From assembly GCA_009777575.1 (NCBI GenBank), contig WRLO01000001.1, forward strand, positions 97,954 to 161,953: a stretch of 64,000 nucleotides of DNA. Reading direction: 5' to 3'. Position 1 is the stretch's first letter. Each line of letters opens with the position of its first letter. Positions 48,714-59,067 of this stretch are shown one piece after another. Under the pieces are notes generated by a model, which was given only the letters and a program-made list of their open reading frames with translations, had not been told where the DNA came from and did not search any database. Made by a program: the position numbers and the translations under genes. The DNA comes from Candidatus Cloacimonadota bacterium (GTDB lineage: Bacteria; Cloacimonadota; Cloacimonadia; Cloacimonadales; WRIO01).

Positions 48714-51225
48714 AAGGGATACGGAAGTTTATCCCGAAATTGTACTAGATAATATGTGGGTAAATGAAGAACTTAAGGAATTAGTTGCTCTTTTTTCAAG
48801 AACACAACCGGATGGGACTCTAATTGAGTTTGAATACGTAATGAGCGATAGTAGAAATCTAGGAGATGAATTTCTCAGAAAAAACGGTTTCACTATAGTT
48901 TTAGATGAAGATTCACAATACTATTGCTGGGCATATCAAGACTCACTTGGGCAATTAAGCTCGACTGGTAAGCCTATTCATCTCTACGATCCAGAAATGC
49001 TTGGATTGGATAAAGACATAAGATTATCCATAGAGAGAGCAGATGAACTAAATAGAAGACGAAGAGAATCTATTAAAGAATTCAATAGATATGGCAGTAG
49101 GAAAATTAATAACAATTTGTTAAATCATACAATCCAAAGTGATACTACAAGTGTTGAATGTCCTACAGAAGACGAAATAATATCTGTTGTTATGTATATA
49201 AGGTTTAATGATCAAGAAGATCAAGATATTCCTCAAGAAATAAAAACAAAATTTTATTATCTTATGGATTATTATTATGCTGTATCTTATACAAATCTGT
49301 CAATAACTCCTGTGTTTGCTTCCTATTTTATACCAGATATTTCATCTGATTATTTTTTGGAAAGTGATATTGAACTAAAACGGAAAAAAGAAGCTATTTT
49401 AGTTTCATTGATACTCAATGCAGTCAGTGATTTTTTAAATAATCTAAGTGTTGTTAACAATGTTACAATAGTTTTGAGAGGAGATTTAGGATATCCTAAC
49501 GACACTCTTTATGGTTATCATATTACCAATTTTCATAATTATTTAAATATAAATCATCCCAAATTGGCTAAACCTATGATCAATGGCAAGAAACTCGATA
49601 GCTTTATTTTACATTATGAGAATGTCGTTTTAGATGAATTTATTGGTAATTATATCTTGGCACACGAGTTTGGACACGAGCTTGGATTTCCAGAATTGTA
49701 TTCAGAACTTCACTCTTACTCTCATCCCGTAGGCCCATGGGACATAATGTCTGATTGGATATCTGGATATTTTGTATCTCCTCCATCAATGTCAGCATAT
49801 ATAAAGCATAAATACACAAATTGGTTAAAAGATTTTAATATCCCTACTATTACACCAGTTGTTGGTGCAACCTATACAATAAAACCTCTTATGAGAGATG
49901 TATTTACTTTGGGAGATACTATAGCTATCAGAATAAATATACCTAATGTCGAAAATGAATATTTTATCATAGAAAACCGACTTAAAACTTCAAATGCTGT
50001 ATCAGATGGTAGTTTACCTGATTCTGGCTTATTGATTTATAGAGTAAATGAAGATGTAAAAACAAAACCTGAAACAGATGAAATATATAGCGGTAATTTG
50101 TTTGGGTCTACAAGCGTGAATGGGACACCTTTTGATCTATATCTATATAGACCTTATGGTATGTTCGTAAATGATATATTACAAACAGGCAATATTTTAG
50201 GTGCTGCTTTTAATGCCGATAGTTTACTTGTTTTCAAAGATGATACAAACCCAAGCGCTTTTTTATCCAATGGTAGCTTTTCAGGTTTAAACATAAGAAT
50301 CAATCACACTAGTGGATCGAGATCGAATGATGATAGTATTTCATTTACCTTTGTAGGTGAACCTTTTGTCTATATCGTTTATGCTCAAACTCCTTATGGC
50401 TTACAAGATGCCATAAATCTAGTGGAAGATGGTGGGACGATATATCTCACTCAAGATTTTCACTTACATTATTTAGATACATGGTATGAGATTACTGAGC
50501 CTATCAATCTCTACGGAAAATCGATAACTATCGAAAGTATAAAAATAAACCCCAGTAGTTCTGTGAATGTGATATTTTATGAACCAGTTCTGTTTAGCGA
50601 TGTTTATGGTTCATTGACTTTCAAAAATATTGATTTGAGGTTTATTAATACATTGACTATCAATGAAACCAGTATCAATCTCGACAATGGTCATATCTCG
50701 CTTTACAATGATTTGCTTAATAATAGCCTTGAATACAATTTTACCGGAAATACAGAAACACCAAATTATATTGATTTTTGCTCTATTTCGAGATTAAATT
50801 TGTTACAAACCAGCACCTTGAATATAACCCATTATGAACTTAATACACAAAACACTAACAATATCTATATAGCACCGGGTGCGACATATAACGGACCAGA
50901 TGACAGTCCTCAACCAGCTATAGAGGATGAGGAAAATCTTCCAATGGTATATAATTACGAACTTTGGAATTTTCCCAATCCCTTCAATCCAGATACCAAT
51001 ATAGCGTTTTCCATGGCATCATCTGGACATGTAAATATAGAAATATACAATATCAGAGGTCAAAAAGTGTTGTCCCTTGTGAATGAGTTTTATGAAATGG
51101 GCAGACATGTCGTTGTCTGGAATGGACGCGATGAGAATGGCAGAACAGTTGGTAGTGGTGTATATCTGTATAGAATGAGCACAGATGAGTTTACTGAGAC
51201 AAAGAGGATGGTGTTGCTGAAGTAA
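48634..51225 (+). CDS. M6-family (immune inhibitor A-like) metalloprotease with FlgD/T9SS-type CTD
   Basis: AHEFGHELGFPELY, VGPWDIMS, EYFIIENR, LPDSGLLIYRVN; C-terminal NFPNPFNPDT...SGVYLYRM...KRMVLLK. Confidence 0.88.
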   Translation: MKIQNCKIRQIVALAMILIMMTILLASRDTEVYPEIVLDNMWVNEELKELVALFSRTQPDGTLIEFEYVMSDSRNLGDEFLRKNGFTIVLDEDSQYYCWAYQDSLGQLSSTGKPIHLYDPEMLGLDKDIRLSIERADELNRRRRESIKEFNRYGSRKINNNLLNHTIQSDTTSVECPTEDEIISVVMYIRFNDQEDQDIPQEIKTKFYYLMDYYYAVSYTNLSITPVFASYFIPDISSDYFLESDIELKRKKEAILVSLILNAVSDFLNNLSVVNNVTIVLRGDLGYPNDTLYGYHITNFHNYLNINHPKLAKPMINGKKLDSFILHYENVVLDEFIGNYILAHEFGHELGFPELYSELHSYSHPVGPWDIMSDWISGYFVSPPSMSAYIKHKYTNWLKDFNIPTITPVVGATYTIKPLMRDVFTLGDTIAIRINIPNVENEYFIIENRLKTSNAVSDGSLPDSGLLIYRVNEDVKTKPETDEIYSGNLFGSTSVNGTPFDLYLYRPYGMFVNDILQTGNILGAAFNADSLLVFKDDTNPSAFLSNGSFSGLNIRINHTSGSRSNDDSISFTFVGEPFVYIVYAQTPYGLQDAINLVEDGGTIYLTQDFHLHYLDTWYEITEPINLYGKSITIESIKINPSSSVNVIFYEPVLFSDVYGSLTFKNIDLRFINTLTINETSINLDNGHISLYNDLLNNSLEYNFTGNTETPNYIDFCSISRLNLLQTSTLNITHYELNTQNTNNIYIAPGATYNGPDDSPQPAIEDEENLPMVYNYELWNFPNPFNPDTNIAFSMASSGHVNIEIYNIRGQKVLSLVNEFYEMGRHVVVWNGRDENGRTVGSGVYLYRMSTDEFTETKRMVLLK

Positions 51226-51293
51226 TGGATAATGGAAAATGGATAATGGAAAATGGATAATGGATAATGGATAATGGAGAATGGAGAATGGAG
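51224..51293 (+). repeat. Heptamer tandem repeat (AATGGA[T/A/G]) x10
   Basis: 10 contiguous 7-mers starting within the M6 stop codon. Confidence 0.95.
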
Positions 51294-51461
51294 ATTATCC
51301 TCCAAGCAAATTGGGGTACAAAAAATCTTTTTTTCTAGTACATAATATTTTAGTTCTCTGACTACCTCACGAATACCTAAACCCACTTTTTTCAAAAATT
51401 CTTGACATATAAGCTATACTATATTTATTGGTGTAAAAAGATATTTTTTTGTGAGGTAATA

Positions 51462-52529
51462 ATGGAGTATACAAAATTACTAAAGGATTTGACGCTATTG
51501 TCAGGTGTTTCAGGTAATGAAAAACCTGTTAGAAAATTTATGGAAAACGAGTTAAAAGATATATCTGACAATATGTTAAAAGATAATCTTGGCTCTGTAG
51601 CTTTTGAGTTTAAAGGCACTAGTTGTTCTCCAAACATACTGGTAGTTGGGCATTTGGATGAAATTGGATTTATGGTTCATAGTGTTTCAAGCAAAGGTCT
51701 GATAAAATTTACTAATCTTGGTGGTTGGGATCCACGAACCCTAATGTCCTCTCCTGTAGAAATCATCAATAGAGAAGGTGAAAAAATCATTGGTTTGATA
51801 GGCTCTGTTCCTGTTCATCATTTAAAAGATACATCAGGAAAGCTTAGTATTGATGACATGTATATTGACATCGGTGCAGAAAGCCCTGAAGAAGTGAGAG
51901 AAATTTTCAAGATAAGGAAAGGAGATTTCATAGTTCCTGTCCCACATTATGCTCTGATAGAAAAGAAAAATATCATGATTTCTAAAGCCTTTGATGATAG
52001 GGTAGGAATTGCAATAGCAATCGCAACTGGAAAACATTTTAAAGACAAAAATCATCCTAATACAATCTTCTGTGCTGGTTCAGTTCAAGAAGAAGTAGGG
52101 ACGCGTGGTGCTCAGACAATATCCCAATTAATCAAACCAGATATCGCAATAGTTCTTGAAGGCTCTCCCGGAGATGATTTCCCCACCAACAAAGAGGAAA
52201 TGCAAGCTAAAATGAATGCTGGAGTTCAAATCAGGATGATAGACCCTACGATGATTTGCAACCCAGATCTTGTAAATTTTGCTATTGATGTAGCAGAAGA
52301 ATTAAAAATACCATATCAATTGGCGGTTCGTAAATCTGGTGGAACAGATGCGGGAAAGATTCATGTCAGCGGACTTGGTGTTCCTACCATTGTATTAGCT
52401 GCCCCTGTGAGATATGCTCATAGTCACAATGGAATGCTGAGTTTGAAAGATTTTCAAGCTACATTGGATTTGACGATAGCATTGATAGAGAGGATGAACT
52501 CAGATTTCTTTTTAGAATTGATTAAATAG
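51462..52529 (+). CDS. M42-family aminopeptidase
   Basis: GVSGNE, GHLDEIG, LGGW, KAFDDRVG, VQEEVG, GGTDAG, RYAHS. Confidence 0.94.
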   Translation: MEYTKLLKDLTLLSGVSGNEKPVRKFMENELKDISDNMLKDNLGSVAFEFKGTSCSPNILVVGHLDEIGFMVHSVSSKGLIKFTNLGGWDPRTLMSSPVEIINREGEKIIGLIGSVPVHHLKDTSGKLSIDDMYIDIGAESPEEVREIFKIRKGDFIVPVPHYALIEKKNIMISKAFDDRVGIAIAIATGKHFKDKNHPNTIFCAGSVQEEVGTRGAQTISQLIKPDIAIVLEGSPGDDFPTNKEEMQAKMNAGVQIRMIDPTMICNPDLVNFAIDVAEELKIPYQLAVRKSGGTDAGKIHVSGLGVPTIVLAAPVRYAHSHNGMLSLKDFQATLDLTIALIERMNSDFFLELIK

Positions 52530-52558
52530 ATTATTGGCAAAACTCTGGATGGTTTTAA

Positions 52559-53407
52559 ATGATAGCTAAATCACCTATAGGCATTTTTGATTCTGGTGTC
52601 GGGGGTTTAACGGTTTTTAAAGAAATACGGCAAAGTTTTTTAAATGAAGACATTGTTTATTTCGGAGATACAGCTCGTGTGCCATATGGGACTAAATCAA
52701 GAGAAACTGTGATTGAGTATTCAAAACAAAACGCTCGATTTCTAATCAATAAAAATGTGAAGGTCATTGTCGTGGCTTGTAATACATCATCAGCATTTGC
52801 GCTAACAGATTTACAAAAGATAACAAAGATTCCTGTCATTGGGGTGATTAAAGCGGGTGCTGAAACCGCAATCAAATCAACAAAAAATGGAAAGATAGGT
52901 ATTATCGGGACAGTTGGAACTGTTAAAAGCCATGCATATAAAAAAACTATTGAGGAGATTGATAAAAAATCATCTGAAAAAATCAAAAATTTAGAAATCA
53001 TAGAAAAAGCTTGTCCATTGTTTGTTCCTCTGGCGGAAGAAGGTTGGCATGATCATCACATAACCAAGCAGGTAGCAGAAATATATTTAAAGGAAATTTT
53101 AGAAGCAGGCATAGATACATTAGTCTTGGGTTGCACCCATTATCCTATTTTGAAGGAAATCATTCGGGATGTTTGTGGTGAATCAATCCAGTTGATTGAC
53201 AGTGCGCAAGCAGTAACTAATGAACTAAAAAAAATAATTAAAACAGAAGAAACAATGGGAAAAGATGGAGATAATAACTATCATAATGATTTTTTTGTTA
53301 GTGATTATGAGGATAAATTTGAATTTATCACTCGTAACATATTGGAAATTCAAAATTTTTCGTTGTCAAGAGTGCAATTAATAAAAGAAGATTTTAGAGA
53401 AATATGA
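52559..53407 (+). CDS. murI: Glutamate racemase
   Basis: FDSGVGGLTV, GDTARVPYG, VACNTSS, LGCTHYP. Confidence 0.97.
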   Translation: MIAKSPIGIFDSGVGGLTVFKEIRQSFLNEDIVYFGDTARVPYGTKSRETVIEYSKQNARFLINKNVKVIVVACNTSSAFALTDLQKITKIPVIGVIKAGAETAIKSTKNGKIGIIGTVGTVKSHAYKKTIEEIDKKSSEKIKNLEIIEKACPLFVPLAEEGWHDHHITKQVAEIYLKEILEAGIDTLVLGCTHYPILKEIIRDVCGESIQLIDSAQAVTNELKKIIKTEETMGKDGDNNYHNDFFVSDYEDKFEFITRNILEIQNFSLSRVQLIKEDFREI

Positions 53408-53434
53408 GTTAATCTCCCAAAATGAGGTAAAATA

Positions 53435-54496
53435 ATGAATTATTCAGAAATAGCATTTAAAATAATAAATCATATTATTAAACTTGCTCCTTATCAAGCA
53501 GTTACTATATCTGCTGAGATACACAATGTTTATGATTTCAATGAACCGTTAGCAGAAATACCTTTTCTCGAGGAATTAGCTATAGTGGTGAGAAAAAAAA
53601 AAGGATTGCCTATCATCGACATTTCAACAGAAAATATGCACAAAAGATTTTTTGAAGAAGTTACTGAAGACAATCAAAATCTATCAACAGAATTGCTGAA
53701 CAAATGGCTTTCAATGTCAGAGATTTTTATCGACTTGAGTTGGAGAAGCAATCCTATTTTTTATAGATCTATCCCCGAAAGATCATTCAAGAGACTAAAT
53801 ATTTTACCCAAAGACTTTGTAAAACTCTTTGAAGACAACAACAAAAAGCTCATTTTGCTCGGATTTCCTACAATTGGGCTAGCAAATTATCTTGATATCG
53901 ACCATGATTTACTGAAAAAAGGATATTTTTCATCATTAAATATAGATTATTTCGATTTGAAAAAAAGATGTTATATCCTTGATAATAGGATGAATTTATC
54001 TGAAAATTGGAACATAACAACCGAAAATAGATTATTGAAAATGACTTTATTTGGGGAATCGAAAGTTTATTGCGGTGAATTTCATCAAACACATATCATG
54101 ACATTACCTACAGGATGCTGGCAAAAAGCGGTAAAAATCGATTCCATAGACGGCATTTTTTACTGTGATAATGTTTTTCATGAACAGTATAATTGGAAAA
54201 ATATACAATTGATCATCGAGCAAGGTAAAATTATCGATGTCGAAACTGATGTTCAGCAACCGAACTTGAATTTATTGAAATCAATTCTATTTTATGATGC
54301 AGATAGCGTAGTTTTGAACATAGGTTTGAATAAAACAAGCGAACCCAAAACTCATTATAGTCTGTTTGATATGGTTAGAAATAGGAATCTTTCGCTTATT
54401 ATAGTCTCTCAAAAAGGTCAAGTGATAGCATTATCAGAAAAAGCTGGACTTTTAGGAGTAAACGATTATAATGTATTGAGTAGTTGTGATTTATGA
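53435..54496 (+). CDS. Hypothetical protein, possibly degenerate M29 aminopeptidase fold
   Basis: Weak correspondence: FPT..A, IDY, LPTG, EQGKII, IGLN, LFD. Confidence 0.5.
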   Translation: MNYSEIAFKIINHIIKLAPYQAVTISAEIHNVYDFNEPLAEIPFLEELAIVVRKKKGLPIIDISTENMHKRFFEEVTEDNQNLSTELLNKWLSMSEIFIDLSWRSNPIFYRSIPERSFKRLNILPKDFVKLFEDNNKKLILLGFPTIGLANYLDIDHDLLKKGYFSSLNIDYFDLKKRCYILDNRMNLSENWNITTENRLLKMTLFGESKVYCGEFHQTHIMTLPTGCWQKAVKIDSIDGIFYCDNVFHEQYNWKNIQLIIEQGKIIDVETDVQQPNLNLLKSILFYDADSVVLNIGLNKTSEPKTHYSLFDMVRNRNLSLIIVSQKGQVIALSEKAGLLGVNDYNVLSSCDL

Positions 54497-54531
54497 AAAA
54501 TATCGGCTAAGAACATCATAAGGAGATTAAA

Positions 54532-56247
54532 ATGGCAAAATATATCTTTGTAATTGGCGGAGTTTTATCCTCTCTCGGAAAGGGTATTGCTTCAGCATCT
54601 ATTGGATTTTTATTAAATCGAATGGGTTATTCTGTGGGTATTCAGAAATTAGACCCTTATTTAAATGTCGATCCGGGTATGATGAGTCCTTTCCAACACG
54701 GAGAGGTTTATGTGACGGATGATGGTGGGGAAACTGATTTAGATCTTGGTCATTATGAAAGATTTATTGGAGTTTCTACTACGAAGGATTCTAATGCCAC
54801 AAGCGGAGTGATTTATGATAGAGTAATACAAAAAGAACGCAGAGGCGAATATGAAGGTAAAACAGTCCAAGTCATACCTCACATCACCAATGAAATCAAA
54901 TCTATGATCAATAAAATAGGGATTAATGCCCCTAGTTCTGTAAAAGAAAATGGGTCAGAGAGTGCAGTAGACATCGCAATAATAGAAATTGGAGGCACAG
55001 TTGGTGATATTGAAAGTTTACCATTTTTAGAAGCTATCAGACAGTTTAGACTGGATGTAGGTATTCAGAATAGTATGTTTTTATTTTTGACTTATGTGCC
55101 TTACATGAAAGCAGCTGGTGAACTAAAAACAAAACCAACTCAGCATTCAACGATAAAACTCAGAGAAATAGGTATCCAACCAGATATTATCTTATGTAGA
55201 ACCGAAAAGCCATTTACAGAAGAAATCACAAATAAAATAGCACTTTTTACAAATGTTCCCCAAACTCATGTAAAACCAGCAGTTGATTCAAATTGTGTTT
55301 ATGAAATACCTAAAAATTTTTACAATGAGGGTATTCATGAACTAGTCTGTAATCATTTTGGATTGGCAATAAAACCAGTAGATTTTTCTGTATGGGACGA
55401 GTTTGTTTTCAATAAAAATAATCCAGAATCAGAAGCAACTATCATTTTATGTGGAAAATATGTTGAACATCCTGATGCCTATAAAAGCGTTGAGGAAGCA
55501 TTAAAACATGCAGCTGCGTGGAATAAAATAAAAATAAATATAATGAACATAGACTCAGAAAAAAAATATAAAACGGATGACTATCATAAAATGTTTAAAA
55601 AAGCTGATGGAGTGTTGATACCGGGTGGATTTGGTTCAAGAGGTATTGATGGAAAAATGAAAATCATACAATATGTGAGAGAAAATCAAATACCTTTATT
55701 GGGGATTTGTCTTGGAATGCAGGTGTCAGTGATTGAGTTTGCGACAAATGTTTGCGGTTTGGAAGATGCTTGCTCAACAGAGTTTAAAAAGAACTGCAAA
55801 AATCCTGTTATTGACTTAATGGACAGAGAATTGGAAAAGACCACTAATGTGTCTAAAAATTCAAAGATTCTCTCCGATATTAAGGGTAAAACTTACGCAG
55901 GCACTATGCGTCTTGGAGCTTATGACTGTGTGTTAAAAAAAGGTTCAAAAATCCAAAATATTTATAATGAAGACATTATATCTGAAAGACATAGACACAG
56001 ATACGAATTGAACAATAATTATAGAGATATTTTAGAAAAAAATGGGTTGTTCGTTTCCGGAGTTTCCCCGGATGGGAACCTTGTAGAAATAATCGAAATT
56101 CCAGATCATCCTTTCTATGTTGGAGTTCAATTTCACCCTGAATTTAAATCAAGACCAGATAAACCTCACAAACTCTTTAAAGCTTTTGTCAAAGCAGTTA
56201 AAGACCAAAATATAAAAAGGCTAACCAAGGAAGCTCATCATGCCTAA
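54532..56247 (+). CDS. pyrG: CTP synthase
   Basis: GGVLSSLGKG, DPYLNVDPG, ETDLDLGHYERF, PGGFG, GICLGMQ, ERHRHRYE, QFHPEF. Confidence 0.98.
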   Translation: MAKYIFVIGGVLSSLGKGIASASIGFLLNRMGYSVGIQKLDPYLNVDPGMMSPFQHGEVYVTDDGGETDLDLGHYERFIGVSTTKDSNATSGVIYDRVIQKERRGEYEGKTVQVIPHITNEIKSMINKIGINAPSSVKENGSESAVDIAIIEIGGTVGDIESLPFLEAIRQFRLDVGIQNSMFLFLTYVPYMKAAGELKTKPTQHSTIKLREIGIQPDIILCRTEKPFTEEITNKIALFTNVPQTHVKPAVDSNCVYEIPKNFYNEGIHELVCNHFGLAIKPVDFSVWDEFVFNKNNPESEATIILCGKYVEHPDAYKSVEEALKHAAAWNKIKINIMNIDSEKKYKTDDYHKMFKKADGVLIPGGFGSRGIDGKMKIIQYVRENQIPLLGICLGMQVSVIEFATNVCGLEDACSTEFKKNCKNPVIDLMDRELEKTTNVSKNSKILSDIKGKTYAGTMRLGAYDCVLKKGSKIQNIYNEDIISERHRHRYELNNNYRDILEKNGLFVSGVSPDGNLVEIIEIPDHPFYVGVQFHPEFKSRPDKPHKLFKAFVKAVKDQNIKRLTKEAHHA

Positions 56248-57037
56248 AACAGAAGTAATTCTTTTTCCTACTCAGAATGTTGTAAAAAAGACAACTATCA
56301 ATTTATTTTTAGTAGGTTTTGGAAAAATGGGCAAAATAATAAGTGAAAATGCTCATTATATAACTGGTGATATTGTAGCAATTTATGACCCTAATATTCC
56401 TGAATATTGTTCTTTGGACAGAATAGATTTTGATAATATTGATGTTGCTATAGAATTCACGCATCCCGAAAGTGGTTATGATAATGTTAAAATGCTTTTA
56501 GACCTCAATATTCCTGTAGTTACTGGGACTACAGGTTGGTTTCACAGGGTAAAAGAATTGGAAAGACTATATAATCCCGAAAAACATAGTCTGATTTATG
56601 GAGCAAATTTTTCTATTGGAATGAATTTGATGTATAAAATTGTGGAAGAGAGTGCAAAACTAATCAACAACACAAATTTATATGATGTATATGGGTTTGA
56701 ATCTCATCACAGAGGCAAAATAGACTCCCCTTCTGGCACTGCAAAAGTCTTGGCTGATATAATCCTTGAAAATAATTCCTCAAAAGATAAAGCAATTTAT
56801 GATCTGAATAATAAAACATTAAAAGCAAATGAATTCTCATTTTCGTCTATCAGAGCAGGAAATATTGTTGGTTACCACGAGATAGGCTTCGATTCAGATT
56901 TTGACGAAATCAAACTCGTTCACAATGCAAAAAATAGACGCGGTTTCGCTTTAGGAGCATTGATGGCAGCAAAATATGCAAAAGAAAATAAAGGTTTTTT
57001 AAATTTTAAGGATATTTTTAGATATTTATATACTTAA
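56240..57037 (+). CDS. dapB: 4-hydroxy-tetrahydrodipicolinate reductase
   Basis: GFGKMG, IEFTHP, VTGTTG, NFSIG, ESHHRGKIDSPSGTA, GFALGA. Confidence 0.95.
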   Translation: MPKTEVILFPTQNVVKKTTINLFLVGFGKMGKIISENAHYITGDIVAIYDPNIPEYCSLDRIDFDNIDVAIEFTHPESGYDNVKMLLDLNIPVVTGTTGWFHRVKELERLYNPEKHSLIYGANFSIGMNLMYKIVEESAKLINNTNLYDVYGFESHHRGKIDSPSGTAKVLADIILENNSSKDKAIYDLNNKTLKANEFSFSSIRAGNIVGYHEIGFDSDFDEIKLVHNAKNRRGFALGALMAAKYAKENKGFLNFKDIFRYLYT

Positions 57038-57075
57038 AAACTTCATTTGAGGTTTATAAATAATTTGTTATTTGC

Positions 57076-59067
57076 TTAAAACCTCGCCATATCAATAATC
57101 TGCATTATTTCTTCATATATATTTATATATTTTTTATATGTATCCATATCTCCTCTTTTTTGTGCTACCACTATCAATTCTATGAAGATGCTCATGATAG
57201 AATTATATTTACTAATTGAAATATTTTTATATCTAAATAAACCTATGATAGTATCTGTGTCAATCTTATCAATTTTAACATTTGTCCTCGCTGAAAAATA
57301 CAAAACATCGTTACCAACCCCAAGCAATGGTAAGGCTCTAAAAGTAGTATTTAACTCAGAATCATATCTTACATTATCCCATAAAATATCTTTATATATC
57401 TCCTCAAGTTCAAAATCTTTTTTTTCTTGAGCCTTTCTGTATAAAGAAAAAGCATTACAAATTAAATATTGTTCAGGACAAATAGGGATTTGATTTTGAT
57501 TTAACCAGTAGATTGTATTGATATTGCCTGAAGCATCAATTTCTTTTTTATAGGTATGTTTCAATAACTGTAATTCCATTTCGACATCATTATTTTCAGG
57601 GTCATACAGTAAACATTGAGATAACAAAACAATAACTAAGATGTTTTTATCTAAAGCTTTAAAAATATTTGCAAGATTTTGATAAGCTTGAGCTATATCT
57701 TTACTATTTGATGCTGACTTTAGACAAAGTATGTTAGGGTCAACTTCTTGTGGAATTATATTTGATAAAATGATTTGTTTTTCTTGATTTTCTTTTTGAG
57801 ATAAGTTAAAGTTATTTATATCAAGTAATATATCAGCATTGATGGGGTTAAATACTAAAGCCTTTTCTAAGCAATCTTTGGCGCGGTCAATCTCTTTAAA
57901 TTCAATTAATATTTTTGCAAAATAGCGATATGCAGTTGGATAATCCTCAGGAATGTTGATTATTTTTTTTACGGGTCTGAATATAGTATGATATATTCTT
58001 TCTTCTAAGATGTTTTTAAATTTTAAATACCTTGTAGTAGAAATATCTCTATATTTATTTAATTTTTCTATTTTTTTGATCAATGGCTCTATTAAGTTTA
58101 TAGCATCATTAAAACTACCTAAACTAAATTTATATATAGTGCTTTCGATAATGGTATCAATATTTCTTTTAATAAAACCATCTATATTTATTTCTTCTTC
58201 AGAGAGTTCTATTTCTCCAGTCAGATTATATCTTCTTTGCATAAGACTTTGAGCAAATTCTATGTTGTTTGCTTCTAATGCCTCTTGACAAAGCAGATTT
58301 ATTGCAGCGACTACTAATTGACTTCCTCCTAATAACACTGAATTATATTTTTCAAAACAATTCTCCAATGTTTTTTGGTCATTATCCTTGAATAATTGTG
58401 GAACTCTATAATAGAGTTCTTGATAAATAGTCTCCATACTTTTGTCATCGGGATCAAATTCTTGAGAGTAATATAACAAAGTGTAAGCAGTTTCATAAAT
58501 CTTATCTTCATAAAGTGACCAAGCCAGAAATCTATAAAAAGCTGCTATCTTTTGCTTTGAATAACAGAAATCTAAACCTTTAAAACAAAATTTTTTTAAT
58601 TCATTTTTATAGAGTAGAAATTTTTCATTATTTTTTTCAAGTGAAGATTCTAAGTCTTTCATCATCAAAACCTTATAGAATTCACACATAGCTAAAATGA
58701 CATCTACATTCACAGGATTTAAGTCATAAGCTTTGTTCAAGGCATCTTTTGCTTTATGAAATTCGTCAATTTTTATTAATAATTTTCCGTAAAGGCTGTA
58801 AGCAGAAACAAAATCTTCTTTTAAATGTTTTATTTCTTTTGGAGTAGAATATTTCAATTTAAGAATTTTTTCTTCAAGTGCATTATTAAAATATTTATAA
58901 ACACTGTTTTTGTCTTCCTTTTGAGATGTTATTTCATCATCAAGGGTTTTTATTAATGGTTCAATGATTTTTAATGCAAGTGAAATATCACCTTTACGAA
59001 CCTCTCCTAAAAAACTTTGCAATGTCTCAGCTATACCAAAATGCCTTTTTAAAGTGTTTATGTTCAG
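57076..59067 (-). CDS. TPR-like helical repeat protein with internal duplication (possible CTG start at 59067)
   Basis: Two homologous halves (IEPLIK...FxNxLEExI...AKDxLxKAxxxNPxN); SD GGAGG 5 nt before an in-frame CTG; ORF track starts at TTG 59022. Confidence 0.75.
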   Translation of the reverse strand: MNINTLKRHFGIAETLQSFLGEVRKGDISLALKIIEPLIKTLDDEITSQKEDKNSVYKYFNNALEEKILKLKYSTPKEIKHLKEDFVSAYSLYGKLLIKIDEFHKAKDALNKAYDLNPVNVDVILAMCEFYKVLMMKDLESSLEKNNEKFLLYKNELKKFCFKGLDFCYSKQKIAAFYRFLAWSLYEDKIYETAYTLLYYSQEFDPDDKSMETIYQELYYRVPQLFKDNDQKTLENCFEKYNSVLLGGSQLVVAAINLLCQEALEANNIEFAQSLMQRRYNLTGEIELSEEEINIDGFIKRNIDTIIESTIYKFSLGSFNDAINLIEPLIKKIEKLNKYRDISTTRYLKFKNILEERIYHTIFRPVKKIINIPEDYPTAYRYFAKILIEFKEIDRAKDCLEKALVFNPINADILLDINNFNLSQKENQEKQIILSNIIPQEVDPNILCLKSASNSKDIAQAYQNLANIFKALDKNILVIVLLSQCLLYDPENNDVEMELQLLKHTYKKEIDASGNINTIYWLNQNQIPICPEQYLICNAFSLYRKAQEKKDFELEEIYKDILWDNVRYDSELNTTFRALPLLGVGNDVLYFSARTNVKIDKIDTDTIIGLFRYKNISISKYNSIMSIFIELIVVAQKRGDMDTYKKYINIYEEIMQIIDMARF

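Noticed and set aside
47801-51293. Diversity-generating retroelement (repeat pair plus heptamer tract)
   Set aside because: No reverse transcriptase; the repeat covers promoter and signal peptide, and differences are not confined to adenines
51090-51395. 101-aa minus-strand ORF with HSPFSIIHYPLSI repeats
   Set aside because: It is just the translation of the heptamer tract and the antisense of the M6 C-terminus
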